Assembly: GCA_015069195.1 (NCBI GenBank)
Contig: SVJA01000005.1
Location: 10,860-74,859, forward strand
DNA: 64,000 nt
Direction of reading: 5' to 3'
Source of the DNA: Oscillospiraceae bacterium
GTDB taxonomy: Bacteria; Bacillota; Clostridia; UBA1212
Made by a program: the position numbers and the translations under genes. This document shows, piece by piece, positions 1-10,418 of this stretch (the stretch's first letter is position 1; each line of letters begins with the position of its first letter). The notes beneath the pieces were generated by a model. It was not told the origin of the DNA, did no database searches, and saw nothing but the letters and a program-made list of their open reading frames with translations.

Positions 1-95
1 TTTAATAATAAACTTGTAATATTCTGCATGAAAATTCCGTTTCCGTAATCATAAATTTGACTTTATTATGATACTACAAACAGGTGTGGTTATCA

Positions 96-147
96 AGGAA
101 AAAGAGCCGCTGGAATACGATTTTAATAATCGCATCCCAGCGGCTTC
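96..147 (-). terminator. Rho-independent terminator after the PBP gene
   Basis: GCCGCTGG (106-113) pairs with CCAGCGGC (137-144) inside a longer imperfect stem. The minus-strand RNA continues with a U-run (RC of 96-103). Confidence 0.6.
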
Positions 148-190
148 GTCAATCAAAATTTTCTCAAGAAAATTCCCCTATAAAATCAAT

Positions 191-2608
191 TTAGTGAGAA
201 CACGTTGTGTGAGAAAGTTCGTAACTCCAGTCTTCAGGTAAATGTTCTTTTTCAATTACAGACAATGTTTTTCTGTAAGTACCTGTTACTGTTTTTGTAG
301 AAGTACAAGACGAGCTTGCAAGACAGTTCTTTCCGTATTTATCTTTTGAGATAGTACAAACCTTTTTCGTCACATGTAAATCACAATATGCCGAAGGTGC
401 CGTGCCTTTTGCGAAAACTTCTTCGCACACAAACCAACTGCAACGGGGGTCATTCCAACAAGCACTTGTCGATCGTTTGCCGGATGCAGAACAGATATAT
501 ACCTTTTCTACCGAACCGTATGTTTCGAAATTCTTAGCTTCTAAATTGTCGTGGATCCGCTGCATAACCTTTTTCCAGATTTTAACCGCAGCACCTGATT
601 CAGCAGAAGATATTACGGTCTGATTATCGTAACCGTACCATACCGCACATGTGTAATACGGTGTGTAGCCGACAAACCAATAGTCCTTCTTATCGTTTGT
701 TGTACCGGTTTTACCGGATGCCGGCATCTTGACTCCGTTCTTATCAACCAATCTGGCACCTGTACCTGTACCTCTGTTGTCATATATAATCGAGCTCAAG
801 AGAGATGTCATTACTGTGGAAGTCTCTGTTTTTTTGTATATAGCAGTACCTTTCTCACCGCTCTTGTCGATTATCACATTCCCGTCTTTGTCGATAACTT
901 TTGTATATGTGACAGGCTCATAATAAGTTCCGCCGTTAGCTATAGGAACATATGCGGCTGCCATATCCATAGGTGAAACACCGTTTGTAAATCCGCCTAA
1001 AGCCATTGACAAATGGTTTTCACCGGTTCTGTCAATTCCGACATTTTTCATATACGTCAGACAAGAAGTAATATTCTTTCTGTACATAGTAACCGCAAAT
1101 ACATTGTATGACCTGTAAAGAGCTATTCTTACGGACTTTAATCCGTGATATTGATGATCGGAGTTTGCAGGCCACAAGCTGTCAGGATTTGCGGGATCCA
1201 TATATGCAGGCTCCTCATCCATAGCAGTCGCGGCGGTGATCTCTCCCATATCTATAAGGGGACCATATACCAATATAGGCTTTATCGCAGAACCGGGCTG
1301 TCTTTGGATAGATGTAGCTCTGTTCCAAGAAAGTGAACCTAATTTTTTTCCGTAACCGCCGTATACCGCAATGACCTGACCGTTAGACTGATCCATTATA
1401 ACAATAGCGGATTGTGCATTGTCCGGGTCACTGCTGTCGGAAGTGTTTACAGGGAAGTTTGCTTTGTCGCAATACTCCTCATCCACTATCTTCTGAATTT
1501 CCGGATTCTGTGTCGTGTATATCTGAACTCCTTGGTTATAAATGATGTCGTTTGCATCTTTTTTGGAGTAACCCATCTCCATAAGGTCAGATCTCACATC
1601 ACCTATTACCATATCCATAAAGTAAGTATATACAGAAGATGTAGTCGTCGAAGATGAACCGTCGGAAGAACTGCTCTGACTTTCTTTAGAAACGAACACA
1701 AGCTCTGTCTGTATAGCATCAATATACTGCGCTTTGGTTATTCTGTTCTGTGCGAGCATCGCATCGAGAATCGTAACCTGTCTGTCGTAAGCGTTTGTTC
1801 TGCCGAGCATTGTCGCCGGATTATATTTTCCGGGGCTGTTTGTTATACCTGCTAAAAAGGCACATTCTGCAAGGGATAACTCTGAAACATCTTTGCCGAA
1901 GTAAGTCTGTGCGGCGTCCTGCACACCGTATGCACCGTTTGCAAAATAAATAATATTGAGATACATCTCCATTATCTCATCTTTTTGCAACTCTCTGTCA
2001 AGCTGTAGCGCACGCCACTGTTCTCTGACTTTTCTCGGGATACTTCTCTCATCCTCACCGGTCAGATTTTTTACGAGCTGCTGTGTAATCGTACTTCCGC
2101 CGTGATCTCTCATGCCCGGAACTACATAGCCCGCAACAGCACTTAGTGTACGCTTCAGGTCTACGCCGTCATGCTCATAAAAACGCTCATCCTCTATCGC
2201 AACAAAAGCATATTGTAAATCCTTCGGAATAAGTTCTATATCAACCCATTCTCCGCTTGTGGTAGTGGAAAGTCTTCTGAGTGTACCTATCTCTTCACCT
2301 GCAGAATTATACATATGCGAAACATAGTCACCGGTAGGTTCTTTTTTTACAATATCATACTCTACAGGCTCAGTAGTCAGAATACATCCGACTACAACAC
2401 CGAGCAACAATCCTACCACAGTGCAACCCAATATCAGAACACCGGCAACAGCAAGTCTGAAAACAACTTTAGCAATAGTACCGCTGACAGCTTTTTTATC
2501 AATTTTCTTATTTATCTTTCTTCTGCCTCTGACACCCGTTGTTCTTCTTTCAACGGAGTTTGTATCCTTTTCCGAATCGTTTACGGAAGTATTTTCAGTT
2601 TTTCTCAT
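191..2608 (-). CDS. Class A penicillin-binding protein (PBP1A family, transglycosylase + transpeptidase)
   Basis: GT51 motifs EDERFYEHDGVD and GGSTITQQLVKN; transpeptidase SAIKP (SxxK) and KTGTT; N-terminal TM helix. ATG at 2608 is preceded by GGGAGG. The ORF-track start at 2629 is a TTG lying inside that RBS. Confidence 0.93.
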   Translation of the reverse strand: MRKTENTSVNDSEKDTNSVERRTTGVRGRRKINKKIDKKAVSGTIAKVVFRLAVAGVLILGCTVVGLLLGVVVGCILTTEPVEYDIVKKEPTGDYVSHMYNSAGEEIGTLRRLSTTTSGEWVDIELIPKDLQYAFVAIEDERFYEHDGVDLKRTLSAVAGYVVPGMRDHGGSTITQQLVKNLTGEDERSIPRKVREQWRALQLDRELQKDEIMEMYLNIIYFANGAYGVQDAAQTYFGKDVSELSLAECAFLAGITNSPGKYNPATMLGRTNAYDRQVTILDAMLAQNRITKAQYIDAIQTELVFVSKESQSSSSDGSSSTTTSSVYTYFMDMVIGDVRSDLMEMGYSKKDANDIIYNQGVQIYTTQNPEIQKIVDEEYCDKANFPVNTSDSSDPDNAQSAIVIMDQSNGQVIAVYGGYGKKLGSLSWNRATSIQRQPGSAIKPILVYGPLIDMGEITAATAMDEEPAYMDPANPDSLWPANSDHQYHGLKSVRIALYRSYNVFAVTMYRKNITSCLTYMKNVGIDRTGENHLSMALGGFTNGVSPMDMAAAYVPIANGGTYYEPVTYTKVIDKDGNVIIDKSGEKGTAIYKKTETSTVMTSLLSSIIYDNRGTGTGARLVDKNGVKMPASGKTGTTNDKKDYWFVGYTPYYTCAVWYGYDNQTVISSAESGAAVKIWKKVMQRIHDNLEAKNFETYGSVEKVYICSASGKRSTSACWNDPRCSWFVCEEVFAKGTAPSAYCDLHVTKKVCTISKDKYGKNCLASSSCTSTKTVTGTYRKTLSVIEKEHLPEDWSYELSHTTCSH

Positions 2609-2708
2609 AAAGTCTAAACCTCCCCACAAAAGAAGCTATTTTAAGTATATAAAAAAAGCACACGAAATTCAATCTTTTAAAAGTTAAATTTCAATGTACA
2701 AATTACAT

Positions 2709-2744
2709 CAGAGAATGTTTTGACAATAAGCAAAACATTCTCTG
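2709..2744 (-). other. Perfect 14-bp stem-loop between the M23 peptidase gene and the PBP gene
   Basis: CAGAGAATGTTTTG (2709-2722) pairs with CAAAACATTCTCTG (2731-2744), 8-nt loop. There is no clear U-tract, so a terminator role is uncertain. Confidence 0.5.
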
Positions 2745-2794
2745 TAACATAATCAACCCACTGTCTTTCCGTCAATGTGATATTCCACGTCAAG

Positions 2795-3724
2795 TCACGA
2801 AAACTCCGGGAATACATAATCAAGAGGATTTACTCTCTCATCATGATATTTTATTTCGAAATGTAAATGGTTTCCCGTAGCATTTCCGGTAGCCCCGATT
2901 CGTGCAATAAACTGTCCCTTAGAAACAGTATCACCTGCAGAAACAGAAATAGACGAACAATGTGCATATACCGTCTTGTAACCGTTTCCGTGGTCAATAA
3001 CCACAAGCAAACCGTATTCTCCGCTACTACCTGCCGTAATAACCTTACCCGCACCTGCAGCATATATAGGAGTGCCGTAAGAATTCCAAACATCTATACC
3101 GCTGTGATACTTTGTACCTTTTCCGTTGGGATCTACTCTGTAACCGAATCTCGAAGTAAGAGTGCCGTGTTCGAGGGGATCGCAATCAGGATAAGCTGCT
3201 GCTTTTGACTCTAAGTCAGACTTAATGTCGGAAAGTTCCTGAAGATATTTGCTTACGCCTTCAGTATCACCCATTTTTTCTCTGATTATGTAAGATACGG
3301 TATCAATCTTATCAATTTTACTGTACATAGAGCCGCCGGAACGGGAAGCCTCCATACCGAGGTAATCCATTATGCCGTCCAAAGTCTCTTTGTTAGCCTC
3401 ATCTTTAGCATCACTGTCTGCTTTTATCTGCTCTTTCTCAGACTCAAGCTTTTTGTTCTCGTCCTCAAGCAAAGCATTCTGTTTTTCCTGTGATGCAATA
3501 ATCTTATCTTTCTCTTCGCCTTCTGAAATCAACGATGACTTATCTGCCGAAAGAGCCGCATTTTTGTCTGCAAGAATGTTCTTTTCCACATTTGTGCCGC
3601 ATATATATGTAAAAAGTGAAACCGATACAAGCACTACTGTAATCACTGCATAAAAAGTACTGCTTCTCGAAAAAACAGACTTAATAACATCTCTATCAAA
3701 ATTTATCTTCTTTAACCAATCCAT
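2795..3724 (-). CDS. M23/LytM family metallopeptidase with N-terminal TM helix and coiled coil
   Basis: C-terminal HSGIDV ... HLHFEI motifs, TM helix YAVITVVLVSVSLFTYI, Glu/Lys-rich coiled-coil segment. ATG 3724 follows AGGAAAGG; the ORF-track GTG at 3754 is a less likely alternative. Confidence 0.85.
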   Translation of the reverse strand: MDWLKKINFDRDVIKSVFSRSSTFYAVITVVLVSVSLFTYICGTNVEKNILADKNAALSADKSSLISEGEEKDKIIASQEKQNALLEDENKKLESEKEQIKADSDAKDEANKETLDGIMDYLGMEASRSGGSMYSKIDKIDTVSYIIREKMGDTEGVSKYLQELSDIKSDLESKAAAYPDCDPLEHGTLTSRFGYRVDPNGKGTKYHSGIDVWNSYGTPIYAAGAGKVITAGSSGEYGLLVVIDHGNGYKTVYAHCSSISVSAGDTVSKGQFIARIGATGNATGNHLHFEIKYHDERVNPLDYVFPEFS

Positions 3725-3809
3725 AAAAAAACCTTTCCTGTGTAAAAAAGACACACAAACGAGAGGATTTTAACACATATAAACAAAAAATGCAAATTTA
3801 TCATTCATA

Positions 3810-3843
3810 GCATAAAACAGCGGCGAAGCTTCGGCTTCGCCGC
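3810..3843 (-). terminator. Intrinsic terminator after proA
   Basis: GCGGCGAAGC (3820-3829) / TTCG loop / GCTTCGCCGC (3834-3843), then UGUUUUAUGC on the minus-strand RNA. Confidence 0.75.
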
Positions 3844-3864
3844 ATTAATATTTTTGATTAAATT

Positions 3865-5130
3865 TTAACCTCTGCACTGTCCGTTTCCGGAAATAAGATA
3901 CTTAAATGTAGTAAGCTCAGTAAGTCCCATCGGACCTCTTGCGTGGAGTTTTTGGTTACTTATACCGATCTCAGCACCGAAACCGAATTCAAATCCATCT
4001 GTAAATCTTGTGGATGCGTTTACATATACGCAGGATGCATCAATTTCGTTCTGGAACTTCGTAGCATTATCAAAATTCTTTGTGATAATGGCCTCGGAAT
4101 GACGAGTGCCGTAATTATTTATATGCTCTACGGCTTCCTCTACACCGCTTACAACTTTTACAGCCAGAATGAGATCATCATACTCTGTTTTCCAGTCATC
4201 CTCGGTAGCATCGTTCATATCTGCAAAAAAGCTCTTTGATTTTTCACAACCGCGAAGTTCTACATTTTTGTCTTTAAGTTTTACACAAACTGCATTCAAA
4301 AACTTCTCCGCAATATTTTCGTGAACGAGCAAGGTTTCCATTGCATTACATACTGACGGGCGCTGTGTTTTTGCATTCATAACAATGTTTACCGCCATAT
4401 CAAGGTCTGCAGTTTCGTCTACGAAAACGTGGCAGTTTCCTGTACCGGTCTGTATTACCGGAACTGTAGCATTCTGAACAACAGAACGAATAAGTCCTGC
4501 ACCGCCTCTCGGAATAAGGACATCAATGTAGTCGTTAAGTTTCATCATTGCGGTAGAAACTTCTCTTGAAGTATTATCAATGAGCTGAACGGCAGCTTTC
4601 GGAAGTCCTGACGCCTCCAATGTTTCGGAGAATATCTCAGCTATAGCAATATTTGAATTTATCGCTTCTTTTCCGCCTCGCAAAATACAAGCATTACCCG
4701 ACTTTATACAAAGACCTGCGGCATCGGCAGTAACATTCGGTCTGGACTCAAATATTATACCGAGAACACCCAACGGAACTCGTCTTTTTACAATTTGAAG
4801 ACCATTGGGACGTTTGAAACCATCTATAACCTCTCCGATAGGATCAGGAAGCGAGGTAAGCTGAACAAGGCCTTCTGCCATACCTTTGATTCTGTCCTCT
4901 GTAAGTCTGAGTCTGTCCTGCATTGCAACAGACATACCGTTTTTTACAGCATTTTCAAGGTCTATATCATTGGCTTTAAGTATTTTTTCACTATTGTCAA
5001 CTAATGCCTCCGCAACAGCCTTAAGTGCTGTGTTCTTTTTATTTGTATCAGCCATACCCATAAGAAATGCCGCTTTCTTGGCAACTTTTCCGTATACGGT
5101 CAAATATTCTTCAATATTGAAATTTTCCAT
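3865..5130 (-). CDS. proA: Gamma-glutamyl phosphate reductase
   Basis: 421 aa with the aldehyde-dehydrogenase-like ProA pattern including VCNAMETLLVH. ATG preceded by GGAGG. Directly downstream of proB. Confidence 0.93.
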   Translation of the reverse strand: MENFNIEEYLTVYGKVAKKAAFLMGMADTNKKNTALKAVAEALVDNSEKILKANDIDLENAVKNGMSVAMQDRLRLTEDRIKGMAEGLVQLTSLPDPIGEVIDGFKRPNGLQIVKRRVPLGVLGIIFESRPNVTADAAGLCIKSGNACILRGGKEAINSNIAIAEIFSETLEASGLPKAAVQLIDNTSREVSTAMMKLNDYIDVLIPRGGAGLIRSVVQNATVPVIQTGTGNCHVFVDETADLDMAVNIVMNAKTQRPSVCNAMETLLVHENIAEKFLNAVCVKLKDKNVELRGCEKSKSFFADMNDATEDDWKTEYDDLILAVKVVSGVEEAVEHINNYGTRHSEAIITKNFDNATKFQNEIDASCVYVNASTRFTDGFEFGFGAEIGISNQKLHARGPMGLTELTTFKYLISGNGQCRG

Positions 5131-5151
5131 AAAAACCTCCGTATAATTAAA

Positions 5152-5973
5152 TTATTCTTTGGCAACAAACATTGTTCCGCAATCTTTTCCGGAAAGAATG
5201 TCATATACGATTTCAGGTTCGTTGCCGTTTGCGACAACTGAATTTATACCAAGCTCTGCCGCAAGTCTGCAAGCATGAACTTTTGTGAGCATACCGCCTG
5301 TACCGAGTTTGCTTCCGGCACCGCCTGCTTCCGCCTCTATTCTCTCCGACAAATCAGTTATAGTATGATACATATGTGCATCTTTGAATTCGTTCGGGTT
5401 TTTATCGTAAAAACCGTCTATATCAGAAAGAATGATAAGAGCGTCTGCTTTTATAAGACTTGCAACAACATAGGACAAGAAGTCATTATCGCCGAACTTG
5501 ATCTCGTCAACAGAAACAGTATCGTTTTCGTTTACAATCGGGACAACATTCATTGCGAGAAGCTCATTGAAAGTATTTGTAACATTCTGCTTTGAGTCCG
5601 CTCTGTCTATTACGTCTTTAGTAAGCAATATCTGAGCTACTGTGTAGCCGTATTCCGAGAAAAACTGATTATATATATTCATCAGTATAGACTGTCCGAC
5701 GGAAGCTGCCGCCTGTCTCATAGAAACCTCAGTAGGTTTTGACGGAAGTTTGAGTTTGTCAACGCCGACACCTATCGCACCGGATGATACCAAAACCACC
5801 TGTTTTCCTTGATTTTCGAGGTCACATATAACTCTTGTGAGTTTTCCTATCCTGTGAAGATTTATATGTCCGTTATCATAAGTCAAAGACGATGTTCCGA
5901 TCTTTATGACTACTCTTTTTGCATTTTTTAAATTTTCTCTTGCTTCTGAATTTACTTCAAAGCCGGTGTTCAT
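5152..5973 (-). CDS. proB: Glutamate 5-kinase (short form without PUA domain)
   Basis: Amino-acid kinase motifs VVIKIGTSSLT, VLVSSGAIGVG, FGDNDFLS. 273 aa. GGGAGG RBS. Confidence 0.92.
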   Translation of the reverse strand: MNTGFEVNSEARENLKNAKRVVIKIGTSSLTYDNGHINLHRIGKLTRVICDLENQGKQVVLVSSGAIGVGVDKLKLPSKPTEVSMRQAAASVGQSILMNIYNQFFSEYGYTVAQILLTKDVIDRADSKQNVTNTFNELLAMNVVPIVNENDTVSVDEIKFGDNDFLSYVVASLIKADALIILSDIDGFYDKNPNEFKDAHMYHTITDLSERIEAEAGGAGSKLGTGGMLTKVHACRLAAELGINSVVANGNEPEIVYDILSGKDCGTMFVAKE

Positions 5974-5991
5974 TTTAATTTCCTCCCGGAA

Positions 5992-6828
5992 TTATTTTTC
6001 TATATATGCAGATACTTTGAGCCATGCAGCAATTCCGTCTGCAATTTTCTGCTGGTATTCCGCATTATTAAGATTGTTGTCCTCTGTTTCATTTGATATG
6101 AAACCAAGCTCGAGAATGATACTCGGAACTTCTGCCCAGTTTATAGTGCTGTAAGCATCGGACTTGTTTACATATCTTTTGTTTGCACCGGTGGCATTCG
6201 TAAGGCATGCAAGAAGTTCTGTTGCCATCATATAATCTTTTCCGGCTCTCAATGCATACTCACTGCTTCCGTCACCGCTTCCTCTTACATATAGATCTAT
6301 TCCGTTAGCAGCCTCTTTTTCAGAGCTGTTGCAATGTATGTTAAGAAATACGTCAGCTTTTACCTCATTTGCTTTTTTAGCTCTTTCTATGTTTGAAATA
6401 TCCACCTCATGAGTATCTCTTATCATCACTACAGTAGCGCCGAGTTCTTTTAATGTTGACTCGATAACCTTTGATATCTGTAAGGTTGTGATATATTCGG
6501 GTATGCCGGTAAACTGTCCGGTAGCCCCCGATGTACATTTTGCTTTAAGTGTCTCGTTATTGTAAGTAGGATTCTTGCTCGCATCCCAAGGAGCGCAAGG
6601 CTCTTTGTCCTTATTTCCCTGACCTTGGTGTCCGGCGTTTATGCATACGACAACTCCCGCGAGTGCAGGTTTCTCAGTCGGTGTAGGAGCAACTGTTTCG
6701 GTAGGCGCAACTGTTTCAGCAGGGGCAGAAGTTTTCGGAGTGTTATCATCACCGCAACCTGCCAGACTTAACGGCAACATACATACTGCCAAAATTAACG
6801 ATACCAATGATATAATTTTTTTCATCAT
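5992..6828 (-). CDS. N-acetylmuramoyl-L-alanine amidase (Amidase_3) lipoprotein
   Basis: Signal peptide with lipobox LSLAGC, Thr/Pro linker with a tandem ETVAPT duplication, Amidase_3-like blocks INAGHQG, FLNIHCNS, ILELGFISN. Two adjacent ATGs (6828, 6825) follow GGAGG. Confidence 0.85.
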   Translation of the reverse strand: MMKKIISLVSLILAVCMLPLSLAGCGDDNTPKTSAPAETVAPTETVAPTPTEKPALAGVVVCINAGHQGQGNKDKEPCAPWDASKNPTYNNETLKAKCTSGATGQFTGIPEYITTLQISKVIESTLKELGATVVMIRDTHEVDISNIERAKKANEVKADVFLNIHCNSSEKEAANGIDLYVRGSGDGSSEYALRAGKDYMMATELLACLTNATGANKRYVNKSDAYSTINWAEVPSIILELGFISNETEDNNLNNAEYQQKIADGIAAWLKVSAYIEK

Positions 6829-6841
6829 TACCTCCGTATTC

Positions 6842-8167
6842 TCAGCGCTTTGAAAGTTCGTCGGTTATTTCCAACGCTCTTTGCGCCGCAATCATCTTAC
6901 GCATAGATTTATCTTTTATTTTTTTCTTAAGCTCAGGGGCATCTGAAGTTACGATACCAAAATTAGCACCCATGGGCTGGAAATCCTTCCCTGCATAACC
7001 ACTCGCATAATGAGCCAATGCACCTATCATTGTGGACTGTGGGAAAATAACCGCTGCTTTTCCGAGAACCTTCATTGCGGCATTTATACCGGCAACAAGA
7101 CCCGAAGACGATGATTCTATATAACCCTCAACACCCGTAATCTGTCCTGCAAAATAAATATTTTTTTCTGACGGAATAAATCTATACGTTTCGTCAAGTA
7201 ATCCGGGTGATTTTATGTAGGTGTTACGGTGCATAACGCCGTAACGAGCATATTCAGCATTTTTAAGTCCCGGAATCATACCGAAAACCCTTTTCTGTTC
7301 ACCGAATTTCAGACGAGTCTGAAAACCTACGAGATTATAAAGAGTACCTTCTGTATTATCTTGTCTGAGTTGTACCACAGCATATGCAATACCACCCGCC
7401 GGAAGTTCAAGTCCTACAGGCTTTAAAGGTCCGAACCGCAAAGTATCAACACCTCTTTTAGCCATGCTTTCAACAGGCATACATCCCTCATAGAGTTTTA
7501 AGTCATCAAAACCCTCTACATCCGCTGTCTCCGCATGTATAAGCGCTTCGTAAAAAGCAAGGTATTCTTCTTTCGTCATCGGGCAATTTATATAGTCTGC
7601 ACTGCCCTTGCCGTATCTCGCTGCACGGAAAACCTTTGACTGATCAATAGAATCGAACATCACAACAGGTGCCGCAGCATCATAAAAACTCAGACCGTCG
7701 TTACCGGTAATCTCGGAAATTTCTTTTGCAAGACTATCCGAAGTCAAAGGCCCTGTCGCGATTATCAAAGCATCTGCCTCGGGCAAATCCGTTATTGACT
7801 TGACCTCTCCGCGAATAATTTCTACACACTCATTTTCTACCAGTTTTTTTGTAATAATCCCGGAAAAAACATCACGGTCAACAGCCAAAGCACCTCCTGC
7901 AGGAACAGCAGAAGCATCAGCTGCTTCCAAAATAAGAGAGCCCATCCTGCGCATTTCTTCTTTGAGCAATCCGGAACCGTTATCAATATTCTTTGCTTTA
8001 AAAGAGTTACTGCAAACAAGTTCTGCAAGACCCTCCGCCGAATGTGCCGAAGAATATTTCACAGGCTTCATCTCATAAAGTCTTACCTTTATTCCTCTTT
8101 TTGCTATCTGCCACGCGGCCTCACATCCTGCCAGACCTGCACCGATAACATTAATCGTCTTTTTCAT
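6842..8167 (-). CDS. trmFO: Methylenetetrahydrofolate--tRNA-(uracil54-C5)-methyltransferase TrmFO
   Basis: FAD motif VIGAGLAGCEAAWQ at the N-terminus and GQITGVEGYIESSSSG. ATG 8167 follows GGAG with a 6-nt spacer and overlaps the topA end by 17 nt. The ORF-track extension to 8218 lies inside topA. Confidence 0.92.
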   Translation of the reverse strand: MKKTINVIGAGLAGCEAAWQIAKRGIKVRLYEMKPVKYSSAHSAEGLAELVCSNSFKAKNIDNGSGLLKEEMRRMGSLILEAADASAVPAGGALAVDRDVFSGIITKKLVENECVEIIRGEVKSITDLPEADALIIATGPLTSDSLAKEISEITGNDGLSFYDAAAPVVMFDSIDQSKVFRAARYGKGSADYINCPMTKEEYLAFYEALIHAETADVEGFDDLKLYEGCMPVESMAKRGVDTLRFGPLKPVGLELPAGGIAYAVVQLRQDNTEGTLYNLVGFQTRLKFGEQKRVFGMIPGLKNAEYARYGVMHRNTYIKSPGLLDETYRFIPSEKNIYFAGQITGVEGYIESSSSGLVAGINAAMKVLGKAAVIFPQSTMIGALAHYASGYAGKDFQPMGANFGIVTSDAPELKKKIKDKSMRKMIAAQRALEITDELSKR

Positions 8168-10283
8168 CTGTTTCTCCGTCTGTTTTCTTTGCATTCGGTT
8201 TGTAGTTACATTCAGCATTGCTGCAAGCTACGAAACTGTAATTTCTTCTGCGTACACGTTCTAAGTGTGAACCGCACTCAGGGCATCTTTCACCGGTAGG
8301 AACATTAAGCGACGTGAACTTACAATCCGGATAACCGCTGCAAGCAACGTATTTTCTTCCGCTCTTGCTCTTTCTGTAAATCAATTCATTTGAACATTCG
8401 GGACACTTTACGCCTACAAATTCTATAATGGCTTTTGTAAATCTGCACTCCGGGAATCCGGGACAAGCAAGGAAGTCACCGAATTTGCCCTGTCTGTATA
8501 CGAGAAGTCTTCCGCACTTCTCACAAGGCTCGTCACTTTCCTTCGGCTTTATAACAACATGTTCTACTTCTTTTTCTGCTTTTATAAGATCTTTTTCAAA
8601 GTCATTGTAGAATACCGAAACAACGTTTCTCCAATCTTTATTTCCCTGGGAAATGATATCAAGTTCAGACTCTACGCCTGCCGTAAAAGCAACATCAACG
8701 ATATTTGCAAAACTGCCTTTCATAAGGTCATTTACAATCCTGCCGAGTTCTGTCGGGTAATAAGATTTCTTTTCTTTGCCTACATAACCTCTTGTCTGAA
8801 TGGTTGTAATGGTTGTCGCATAAGTACTCGGTCTTCCTATTCCGTACTCTTCCATAGCCTTTACAATCGAAGCTTCGTTGTATCTCGGTGGCGGCTGTGT
8901 GAAATGTTGCTGAGGAATTATCTCGGCAATGTGTGCCTCTTCACCGTTTTCAAATACGGGCAATACTTTATTTTCTACTTCTTCTTTGTCATCGAAGCTT
9001 TCCTCGTAAACTTTTGTGTAGCCGGCAAACTTCACGGTATTACCGGACGCTTTAAATACGTATTTACCCACTTCAAAAGAAAGTGTGCACACACTTATCA
9101 CAGCGTCAGCCATCTGGCTCGCCATAAATCTGTCATATATAAGCTTATAAAGTTTTAACTGGTCAGGAGTAAGCTTTGATGCAATATCCTCCGGTTTGTA
9201 CTCTATATGTGCAGGTCTTATCGCCTCATGTGCGTCCTGCGAACTGTTTTTGTTTTTGTATATACGTCTCTTGGCAGGAAGATAACCATCACCGAACTCA
9301 TCTCTTATGATATCGCCAGCAAGCTTTGCAGCCTCGTCGGATATACGTACGGAATCAGTTCTGATGTAAGTTACGATACCGGTAGCACCGCTTTTGCCGA
9401 GATCTATACCCTCGTAAAGTTGCTGAGCAATCATCATTGTCTTAGAAGCGTTGAAATTAAGCTTTCTGGCAGCTTCCTGTTGCAAAGCACTCGTTGTGAA
9501 CGGTGACGGAGGTGATTGTTTTTTATCGGTATTTTTTATATCATATACTATGAACGGATTGTTCTTTACTTCCTCTAAGACAGGTTTTACATCTGCCTCT
9601 TCTTTGAGATTAATTTTTTTCTTTTTGTCACCGTAGAAGCGAGCAGTAAAAGTTTTAGCCTTTGATTGTTTTTCGGCAGAAGTTTTCTTTGAAAGCTTTG
9701 CCGAGATGTTCCAATATTCTTGCGGTTCAAAAGCCTCTATTTCGTCTTCTCTGTCACAAATCATTCTGACCACGGCAGACTGTACACGTCCGCCTGAAAG
9801 ACCCTTTTTGACCTTCTTCCAAAGAATAGGACTTATCTTATAACCAACTATTCTGTCAAGAACACGTCTTGCCTGGTACGAATCTACTAAATCCATATCT
9901 ATGGCGCGAGGGGACTTAAATCCTTCAAGAACGGCATCCTTAGTGACCGCATTAAAAGTAACACGGCAATCCGATCTCGGATCTATACCCAAAAGGTACG
10001 CAAGATGCCATGCAATCGCTTCTCCCTCACGATCAGGGTCGGATGCGAGATAAACTTTTTTAGCAGCCTTTGCCTCTTTTTTAAGTTCGTTTATAATATC
10101 AGCTTTACCTCTGATGTTTGTGTACTGAGGTTCGAAACCATTTTCTATATCTATCGCAATGCGGCTCTTCGGCAAATCTCTGAGATGACCTACCGAAGCA
10201 AGCACCTTATATTTGCGTCCGAGAAATTTTCCAATCGTTTTAGCTTTTGCAGGAGACTCAAGTATTACAAGATAATCAGCCAT
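8151..10283 (-). CDS. topA: DNA topoisomerase I
   Basis: Toprim N-terminus MADYLVILESPAKAKTIGKFLG, DPDREGEAIAWH, and three C-terminal C4 zinc ribbons (CEKCG..CPGFPEC, CPECS..CSGYPDC, CPECG..CSNAEC). Confidence 0.96.
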   Translation of the reverse strand: MADYLVILESPAKAKTIGKFLGRKYKVLASVGHLRDLPKSRIAIDIENGFEPQYTNIRGKADIINELKKEAKAAKKVYLASDPDREGEAIAWHLAYLLGIDPRSDCRVTFNAVTKDAVLEGFKSPRAIDMDLVDSYQARRVLDRIVGYKISPILWKKVKKGLSGGRVQSAVVRMICDREDEIEAFEPQEYWNISAKLSKKTSAEKQSKAKTFTARFYGDKKKKINLKEEADVKPVLEEVKNNPFIVYDIKNTDKKQSPPSPFTTSALQQEAARKLNFNASKTMMIAQQLYEGIDLGKSGATGIVTYIRTDSVRISDEAAKLAGDIIRDEFGDGYLPAKRRIYKNKNSSQDAHEAIRPAHIEYKPEDIASKLTPDQLKLYKLIYDRFMASQMADAVISVCTLSFEVGKYVFKASGNTVKFAGYTKVYEESFDDKEEVENKVLPVFENGEEAHIAEIIPQQHFTQPPPRYNEASIVKAMEEYGIGRPSTYATTITTIQTRGYVGKEKKSYYPTELGRIVNDLMKGSFANIVDVAFTAGVESELDIISQGNKDWRNVVSVFYNDFEKDLIKAEKEVEHVVIKPKESDEPCEKCGRLLVYRQGKFGDFLACPGFPECRFTKAIIEFVGVKCPECSNELIYRKSKSGRKYVACSGYPDCKFTSLNVPTGERCPECGSHLERVRRRNYSFVACSNAECNYKPNAKKTDGETDEKDD

Positions 10284-10418
10284 TGATATCCTCCGTAAAA
10301 TTTGTATTCGGTGTTATTTTCTACCATATAATAACACGCATAAAATAATAGCGTTATAATTCGCACTTGTAAAGCACTTAATTCAAAAAATAAAAAATTT
10401 AACAAATCGATCTGTCTG

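Noticed and set aside
2609-2629. N-terminal extensions in the ORF track. Examples are 2609-2629, 3725-3754, 8168-8218, 25699-25782, 30995-31066, 39625-39654, 42569-42607, 42740-42847, 46457-46468, 51052-51129 and 54012-54074.
   Set aside because: In each case the upstream start is a non-ATG or lacks an RBS, and the extension overlaps the RBS, promoter or leader. A downstream ATG or GTG with a GGAGG-type RBS gives the expected family N-terminus or signal peptide.
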